The notes under the pieces were generated by a model, which had not been told where the DNA came from, did no database searches, and worked only from the letters and a program-made list of their open reading frames with translations. The position numbers were made by a program, and so were the translations under genes. From Octopus vulgaris (lineage: Eukaryota): a stretch of DNA of 64,000 bases. Location of the stretch: contig OX597818.1 of NCBI GenBank assembly GCA_951406725.2, positions 32,054,001 through 32,118,000 of the forward strand, written 5' to 3'. Within the stretch, counting starts at the first letter, position 1, and each line of letters begins with the position of its first letter. This document shows positions 56,170 to 64,000 of this stretch, in pieces.

Positions 56170-56965
56170 TGTATTCTATGCTCATATAGGATTGTGTGCA
56201 TATGTTCACCCAAGCACTTCCCAGATATTTCAGATGGAGAATACCTGAAATCTTTTACAAATTTTCACTGCTTAGATCGATTGTCTCTGAAAAATGCGAA
56301 TCAGTTTGCTCTGCTTGCGTTTTCATTTTTTTCTGGAGCTCCCAAAGATTTCTAGGTCCCTGCACAGACATGTTGTTACGCAGAATAAATGAAAATCTAT
56401 AGCTTCGATAGCAAAAGTGTTCCCAATCACTGCATATGTAAGTGAGACGAGTCAGCTTTGGTTCATATGGAGCTACCGTAGACTCAGAGTACTTGCTCTG
56501 GAATTTTTTCCTCAATCTCATTATGTTACTACCTTCACTGCTACTACTTTCATTTCTCTCTTTACTGTTCAGTGGCTGTCTAAATCAGTGCTACTCAAAG
56601 TGGTGGCCCACGAACCATCAACTGCCGGTACGCAGTGAGTTTCCAGAAAAGAAAGATTTAAAAAATTATCAACTTTTATAATATTCATTATATATATGTT
56701 TTCCGGTATAAATTTATATTATTAAGAAATATCACCGGTCCCTGGCACATTGGAAAAAAAACTGCGGTACGCCACATCAGATAGTTTGAGAACCACTAGT
56801 CTAAATGACACAATGCTGCACCCAAAGGCAGTCTGGACTGAGCTTAAGCCTCTACCCAACCCATTATTCCATTTAACTCCCATCTTGTCAGTGTCACTGT
56901 TGATGTGAAAGTTACTGGTCATTGCTAGTATCTTCCTAGCCCTGATGTCTAAGTCGCTGATTTCT
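56170..56965 (-). mobile_element. RLE-type LINE internal fragment interrupted by a hAT MITE
   Basis: MTSNFHINSDTDK...GRGLSSVQTAFGCSIVSFR is homologous to 37650-37800. The frame resumes after the MITE (..SNIMRLRKKF). The left boundary is uncertain. Confidence 0.68.
56586..56798 (+). mobile_element. hAT MITE, deletion derivative of 47854-48147
   Basis: Same TIRs and body; perfect 8-bp TSD gtctaaat. Confidence 0.92.
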
Positions 56966-56967
56966 CC

Positions 56968-57192
56968 ATGTATTTCTTTACTGCCTACAAGGGGCTAAAC
57001 ACAAAGGGGACAAACAAGGACAGACAAACGGATTAAGTCGATTATATCGACCCCAGTGTGCAACTGCTACTTCATTTATCGACCCCGAAAGGATGAAAGG
57101 CAAAGTCGACCTCGGCGGAATTTGAACTCAGAACGTAACGGCAGATGAAATACGGCTACGCATTTCGCCCGGCGTGCTAACGATTCTTCCAG
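56968..57192 (-). mobile_element. SINE family B, gtttagcccc tail
   Basis: Near-identical to the reverse complement of 48563-48797. Confidence 0.9.
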
Positions 57193-57331
57193 ATTCAGTC
57201 TAATATTTCAAATGCTGGCACTAGCATATATTAAAGGGACTATATCATATTAATACTGACAATGATAATGTCCGAAGCAGTAGCAGTAGCTGTCGGACCT
57301 GTGGTAATAATAGCAGTAATAATAAAAGCAA

Positions 57332-57526
57332 TAAGGCGGCGATCTGGAGCAGAATCGTTATCGCACTGGACAAAATGCTTAGCGGCATTTCGTCTGTCTT
57401 TACGTTGAGTTCAAATTCCCCCGAGATCGACTTTGCTTTCATCAATTCGGGGGTCGTTGTAATCGGCTGTCCCCGCCACCCCACAACCCCCGAAATTGCT
57501 GGCCTTTTGCCAAAATTGAAAACAAT

Positions 57527-57527
<1 letters not shown>
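57332..57527 (+). mobile_element. SINE family B, ccaaaattgaaa tail
   Basis: taaggcggcga..gcagaatcgtta...gagttcaaattcc...cgaaattgctggccttttgccaaaattgaaa. Confidence 0.85.
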
Positions 57528-57612
<85 letters not shown>

Positions 57613-57644
57613 CATCATCATTATCATCATTATTATTATTATTA

Positions 57645-57702
<58 letters not shown>

Positions 57703-57728
57703 CATCATCATTATTATTATTATTATTA

Positions 57729-57775
<47 letters not shown>

Positions 57776-57807
57776 GTTATTATTATTACTATTATCATTA
57801 TTATTAT

Positions 57808-58290
57808 TGAGTGAGAGAGCAGTGCATGCCATCAAAGTGACACTGGGGTAAAATATACGAAGCCTAATATACCCATCATGACTATCCGTCTGATAAGGGT
57901 ACACTAGGCACATGCATCACAACAATATCTGCGCGACCTGGTGATCTCATATCAAGATAAACAGCGCATGACCTTGCAGGTGGGGCCCAGTTAGAATTTT
58001 CTCCAGATCGAGTAGCCCATCCCGCTCAAAAGGTCCCTGAATAAGGGTTGTCTAAGGATGTTGAACGAAACACCCATGTTTCCAGAGGTGAATTATTCAA
58101 ACCCCAAAGAGGTCTATTCAACACATTAGTTATGATGCCCCCACCACTACCATCACTACTACTGCTCGTAATTAGAAATGCACATATAGTCAACCTCTGA
58201 GAGACATGCTCAATTAGTTAAAGTCAATCAACTGACAAACAAATCTGTGGTATCGAGCAGAATATTTGCTGTAGCATAACACTTCTAATC
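57808..58290 (-). mobile_element. Non-coding insertion ending in (TAA)n; probable non-autonomous element or long LINE 3' UTR
   Basis: About 480-bp GC-richer island between trinucleotide tracts. The minus strand ends ...gctctctcactc(AAT)n, the same polarity as the RLE LINEs. Confidence 0.45.
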
Positions 58291-58349
58291 AGTTAAAATC
58301 AGAAGCCACGGGAGACAGTGCCTGGTACCATATTATTATTATTATTATT

Positions 58350-58435
<86 letters not shown>

Positions 58436-58448
58436 TATTATTATTATT

Positions 58449-58524
<76 letters not shown>

Positions 58525-58559
58525 GTAGTAGTAGTAGTAGTAGTATTTGTAGTAGTAGT

Positions 58560-58634
<75 letters not shown>

Positions 58635-59074
58635 TGTGCACACCAGTCCATCTTCCATGATAGACATGATGTTCATCGAATTTTGTGAAGATTATTTTGT
58701 ACCAACCTTTTGTCGATCCGCTTTTTAGCTCTTTCATATTCATTCACATGTGTTGATAATGAACCACTGGTGGTGGAAATTACTTCGATGCTCCTGCCGT
58801 ACATTAATGCTTTTGTTGTTTACTTATGTAAATATCGACGAATAACAATAATCCAGACACACTGAGAGTTCCTCACTGCAAAGATGCTGATGGTGTTAGA
58901 AGTAAACAGTGACGCAGGAGTGGCTGTGTGGTAAGTAGCTTGCTTACCGACCACATGGTTCCCGGTTCAGTCCCACTGCGTGGCACCTTGGGCAAGTGTC
59001 TTCTACTATAGCCTCAAGCCGACCAAAGCCTTGTGAGTGGATTTGGTAACTGAAAGAAGACCGTCGTATATATG

Positions 59075-59110
<36 letters not shown>

Positions 59111-59192
59111 GTATTGGATTAAGTCTTTCTTTGTTTGATTTGCATAATAGTGGTTTTGTCTCTAATTAATATTATATATATGTATATATATA

Positions 59193-59582
59193 TATAATAT
59201 TAATTAGAGACAAAACCACTATTATGCAAATCAAACAAAGAAAGACTTAATCCAATACATAAAAATTTTATATAAATTAAATATAATTAAGATATCCACT
59301 ACGATCGTTTCTTGTCACTTCTATGGACATTCATCAGGTGGTTTCAAGACCTTCTATGCAATTTTGAACTATGAAGTAAATTTTAAATTTTAAATTTACT
59401 TCATAGTTCAAAATTGCATAGAAGGTCTTGAAACCACCTGATGAATGTCCATAGAAGTGACAAGAAACGATCGTAGTGGATATCTTAATTATATTTAATT
59501 TATATAAATTTTTTATGTATTGGATTAAGTCTTTCTTTGTTTGATTTGCATAATAGTGGTTTTGTCTCTAATTAATATTATA
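59193..59582. repeat. Near-perfect 390-bp spacerless palindrome with a hammerhead in each arm; third partial copy at 59107-59176
   Basis: Mirror axis 59387/59388. I see one arm mismatch and one central mismatch. Confidence 0.95.
59434..59479 (+). ncRNA. Minimal type I hammerhead ribozyme motif; mirror copy on minus at 59296-59341
   Basis: ccac-CTGATGA-a-tgtc-catagaagt-gaca-a-GAAA-cgatcg-TA-gtgg. Confidence 0.83.
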
Positions 59583-59664
59583 TTATATTTTACTATAAAA
59601 TTGGATTCAATCCTAAATCTGATTTTTCCCTGTAAGTTTGGGTCTATTCCCTAATATTTATTAT

Positions 59665-59772
<108 letters not shown>

Positions 59773-60039
59773 GTGTATATATGTTTGTGCGTCTGTGTTT
59801 GTCCCCCCAACATTGCTTAACAACCAATAGTGGTGAGTTTACATCCCCGTAACTTAGCGGTTCGGCAAAAGAGACCAATAGAATAAGTACCAGGCTTACA
59901 AAGAATAAGTTCTGGGGTCGATTTGCTCGTCTACAGGCGGTGCTCCAGCATGGCCGCAGTCAAATGACTGAAACAAGTAAAATAGAGAGTGAGTAGGTAT
60001 TCAGCGGCGAAAAAAGAGAAAAATAGAAACCATTAAAAA

Positions 60040-60427
60040 TCTATATATATAAAGCTGAAGTTGTCCGTGTGTGGCAGGTTTGGTAGCCTTCAACTAACAC
60101 TATCTCCTCCGACACCCTGCGGCGCAAGTTGACCAAAATTGAGAGTATGATAGAAGGCTTGCTCTTTATTCTGTAACAGATAAAATTCAAGTCAGACCAT
60201 GTTAAGACCAAAAGTTATTTACATCAAAAAGGTGCTTTTTTTCTATGAAAATCTCTATTTCTTACGATTTTTTTACTGCTGTGTCGCCATTTTTGGGTGT
60301 TATTTCAACCAGAAAAATGTTCACTTAAAGAGAATAACAAGCTACATAATGCAAAATTTTTACTTTTCAAAAATTCCAATTCTAAAGGGTCGAAACAAAC
60401 CCGAGCAACGCCGGGCGATACTGCTAG
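60040..60427 (+). mobile_element. Non-autonomous Helitron
   Basis: a|TCTATATATATAAAG ... aaacccgagcaacgccgggcgatactgCTAG|t. Confidence 0.9.
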
Positions 60428-60899
60428 TTAGTAGATAAATGTATGTGTGTGGAGTTGAGGTTATTTTGTTTATTACTCACTCGGAGAAAGAAAACATAAT
60501 TGGCAGTGGTTGTATATGCGCAGTGATACAAGAAGTATTAGTTGCACTTACTTGCGTCGCTCCGTTTCGTTAATGCATTGTTTATGATCAAAAGTATATG
60601 CCGTTGTTTTATTTATTGTACAGTAGTATTCGTATGGAATAAATGCAGTATGAGAAACATCGCTTGCATTTAATGGAAATAGTTAGTGTTATATTATTTT
60701 GCTCATAATTAAAAGAACATTCTGTAATTATGTTTGTCCATTAAGTATTTCTTGTCTCCGCGACAAGCTGAAAGCTATTTCAGCCATACAGTCAATTCTG
60801 ACATATATTGTTGGTGTTATGAAATGATATTACATACATACCTGTGTGTGTGTGGGGGAGGCGGGGGTGTTCACGAAGTCTACAACAGTGCTCATAGAT

Positions 60900-61230
60900 A
60901 ATACAGTTCTATATTTAAGAGATGAGGAATTATGTACATTATTTACATTATTTACATTCGACGGATATTTGTCCTCATCTTGTTTGTTGTTAACAGAACG
61001 TTTCGGCATATGGCGGAGTGGTTAAGAGCGCGGGCTACTAACCCCAAGATTCCGAGTTCGATTCCAAGCACTGACCTAAACAACAACAACAACAACAATA
61101 ATCGAAAAATACCCAGGTTCGAAATTTCCCCAAGACACCTGATGAAGGCTGGAGGGTATATCAGCCAAAACGTTGTGTTAACAACAAACAAAATGAGGAC
61201 AAATATCTGTCAAATGTAAATTATGTAAAT
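60900..61230 (+). mobile_element. tRNA-headed, hammerhead-tailed short retroposon with an inverted copy of its 3' end and a 13-bp TSD
   Basis: TSD agtgctcatagat at 60887-60899 and 61231-61243. A box tggcggagtgg at 61011-61021; B box gagttcgattcc at 61054-61065. Hammerhead at 61134-61179. 60941-61007 is the reverse complement of 61164-61230. Confidence 0.85.
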
Positions 61231-61802
61231 AGTGCTCATAGATGTTGCGAGCTTTCACTTACTGCTGATGTCGACGATGAAAAGCGGTTACAGTTCTTTC
61301 AGTTGAGAAAATTTAACTTTTCTAAAGCTAAGAACTACAACATTGCTTGAAACGATGTTCTCAAGAACATAAGATTATTGATGAATGACGAAAAAGGAAT
61401 TACTTTGGTATATCTAGCTCGGTTAGAAGACTGATTATTTGCAAAGGATATAACCTAAGGGAGCCCTAGAACATGAAGAGGTTTCAGAAATAACGCCAGA
61501 TCAGGTGACTTTGTTAGGCAGAAGTACTTTCTGCTCTTAGAATCTGTTGATGTATTGGTGAGATAAGTAAGGTCAAATAAGTTAATATGGAGGCGGGGGG
61601 GGGGTCTTCATTCAGGGTCTGTGTATGTATGTATGTATGTATGTATGTATGTATGTATGTATGCATGTATGGCGCAGTCGAATGACTGAAACAAGTAGGA
61701 GAAATATAAAAGAAAGAAACGATATCTCACAGGACTCAAAGAGGTTTTGTTCGACAACAGAAGTCACGCCCTATATTTAGGTAGAGCTTTATGTATGCGT
61801 GT

Positions 61803-62050
61803 AGAGGCGCGTGGCTTAGTGGTTAGGGTGTCAGCATCATGATCGTAAGATTGTGGTTTCGATCCCTGGACCGGGTGACTCGCTGAGTTCTTGAGCAAAA
61901 AACACTTCATTTCACGTTGCTCCAGTCCACTCAACTGGCAAACATGAGTAACGCTGCGATGGACTGGTGTCCCGTCGAGCTAGGGAACACATATGCCGTT
62001 GAAACCGGGGAAACCGGGCCCATGAGTCTGGCCAGGATTTAAAAAGGGTG
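61803..62050 (+). mobile_element. tRNA-derived SINE, third family (C), with CORE-like domain
   Basis: A box tggcttagtgg and B-like ggtttcgatccc, then ttcttgagcaaaaaacacttcatttcac (CORE-like) and ctgcgatggactggtgtcccgtc. Confidence 0.78.
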
Positions 62051-62265
62051 CATTTATTTTATTTATTATGTATGCGTATGCAAGCTTGATGTTTAAAGCA
62101 CGATTTACGTGCTTGTGCGTGTTTGTGTGTTTGTGTGTGTGTGTGTGTGTTGGTGATAAACCATGCAGCGACATTGAAGTTACAACAGAGCACATCTTGT
62201 ATTCTTTCATTTGTTTTTAGTCATCACGTCAAATGGTTATAGTGGATGGCCGAAGTATTTACTAT

Positions 62266-62686
62266 TTTTTTTACTTGTTTCACACATTTGACTGTGGCCA
62301 TGCTGGAGCACCGTCTTTAGTCGAGCAAATCGACCCCAGGACTTATTCTTTGTAAGCCTAGTACTTATTCTATCGGTCTCTTTTGCCGAACCGCTAAGTT
62401 TCGGTGACGTAAACAAACCAGCATCGGTTGTCAAGCGATGTTGTGTGGTGGGGGGGACAAACACAGACACACAAACACACACATACACACAAACACGCGC
62501 ACACACACATACACATATATACGACGGGCTTCTTTCAGTTTCCGTCTACCAAATCCACTCACAAGGCTTTGGTCGACCGGAGGCTATAGTTGAAGACACT
62601 TGCCCAAGGTTCCACGCAGTGGGACTGAACCCGGAACCATGTGGCTTGTAAACAAGCTACTTACCACACAGCCACTCTTACGCCTA
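62266..62686 (-). mobile_element. SINE family A, full length
   Basis: Reverse-complement homology with the other copies. Confidence 0.92.
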
Positions 62687-63035
62687 TTCTATTATATTTT
62701 TGATATTATCTTCCCCATTCATTGATTTCTACACACATGCGTTCCTTATACTAACGAGTATACGTAAATACATACACACACACTTACAAACATACTCACG
62801 AACACACACGCAACGAAGGTATACTATTCCTGTACTCATGAGAGAAAGATAACGAAACGCATTTGGGAAAAAATCATCCCAGAAGTCTAGAGATAATCTT
62901 AAATACGTACAAAACAAATGACATATGTATCGCGTACATTCACACGCGCACGTGTCTGTATTTGTAATGTATATGTATTTTGCACGTATATAGATGTGTA
63001 TGCGTGTATATATGTATGTGCGCTGTGTGTGTGTG

Positions 63036-63089
<54 letters not shown>

Positions 63090-63205
63090 TATGCATATAT
63101 ATATACTTATATACATATATACATATATATAATATATATATATATAAACACACATATATGAAATACATACCTATATTCATGTGTGTGTATATGTCTGTTT
63201 ATACA

Positions 63206-63244
<39 letters not shown>

Positions 63245-63246
63245 GT

Positions 63247-63325
<79 letters not shown>

Positions 63326-63335
63326 CATACATACA

Positions 63336-63371
<36 letters not shown>

Positions 63372-63431
63372 TATGAATACATACCTATATACCTGTGTGT
63401 ATATGTTTGCGAGTGTGTGCGTGTGTGTGTG

Positions 63432-63666
63432 TGTGGCACAAGGGATTCCGCCCTTACTTATCTGACCGACATTGACATTTGCTCTCAGTAAATTGATACC
63501 AACAACCAAACAAGACGTGTATTTGTATCCGGTGTGGAGTAGGTTGGTCTTTCGCCATACTTGACCGACCACGAGTTGTCCGAACGCTTGTTGCACGCAG
63601 TAAGCGCCACTAATCGTGCGTGACGTCGGTCTAACAACGAATGTCATTCTCAATGACTCGGCCACG
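63432..63666. mobile_element. Possible solo LTR
   Basis: CpG-rich 235-bp island with inverted ends tgtggc...gccac(g). No TSD found. Confidence 0.3.
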
Positions 63667-64000
63667 TCAAATAAGGTTGTGGGGAAAGAAAAGAAGAGAG
63701 AGGGAGAGAATGCAACAGTAAGATGGATGGATGAATGAATGAATGAGTGGAGGGGAGAGACAGGTATAAGAGATCTACATCTGAAAGAATGTCTGGACTA
63801 CGTGTAGGAAGTCTGTACTGAAGGCATAAGGGAGGAGTCTGGTACGAAGACGAAATAAATAACTAAAGTTTCAAATATAAAGTAAAGACAAACAGTGATG
63901 GAATGACGTTTGGAATACAAAAACAAACTACGTGGATTGAATATTAGGTGGGATGCATGGTCTCACATGTTCCTTAGGATATAGATTTGAAGTGAGTTGG

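Noticed and set aside
61005-61075. tRNA gene (ACT anticodon-like), and similarly 61803-61875
   Set aside because: There is no proper acceptor stem or oligo-T terminator, and both continue into retroposon bodies. I treat them as SINE heads.

Overview
This is AT-rich eukaryotic non-genic DNA saturated with microsatellites and retroelements. It is most probably from an octopus or other coleoid cephalopod; that is an inference from tRNA/CORE-type SINEs resembling octopus OR-type SINEs and from the microsatellite density. I recognise no host protein-coding exon, rRNA or genuine tRNA gene, and almost all ORFs in the track are microsatellite translations. The window holds: (i) about 11 copies of a CORE-type tRNA SINE (family A) and about 18 copies or fragments of a second tRNA SINE with a Meta-like domain and three alternative tails (family B); (ii) a stack of five restriction-like-endonuclease (R4/Dong-like) LINE pieces in (TAA)n, one more in (TACA)n, and a related fragment; (iii) CR1-like, RTE-like and probable L1/Tx1-like 3' ends; (iv) three Helitrons, a maT-like Tc1/mariner fossil, and mariner and hAT MITEs; (v) a 75-bp minisatellite. 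The least obvious layer is a Penelope-like (PLE) system. It comprises one GIY-YIG fossil with an inverted terminal repeat and about a dozen minimal type-I hammerhead ribozyme motifs, mostly beside (TA)n tracts and often in inverted duplications. It also includes a 331-bp element with a 13-bp TSD that joins a tRNA-like Pol III head to a PLE-type hammerhead tail, a candidate SINE mobilised by Penelope-like elements. All family names come from motif recognition by eye, not database searches, and the boundaries of decayed repeats are approximate.
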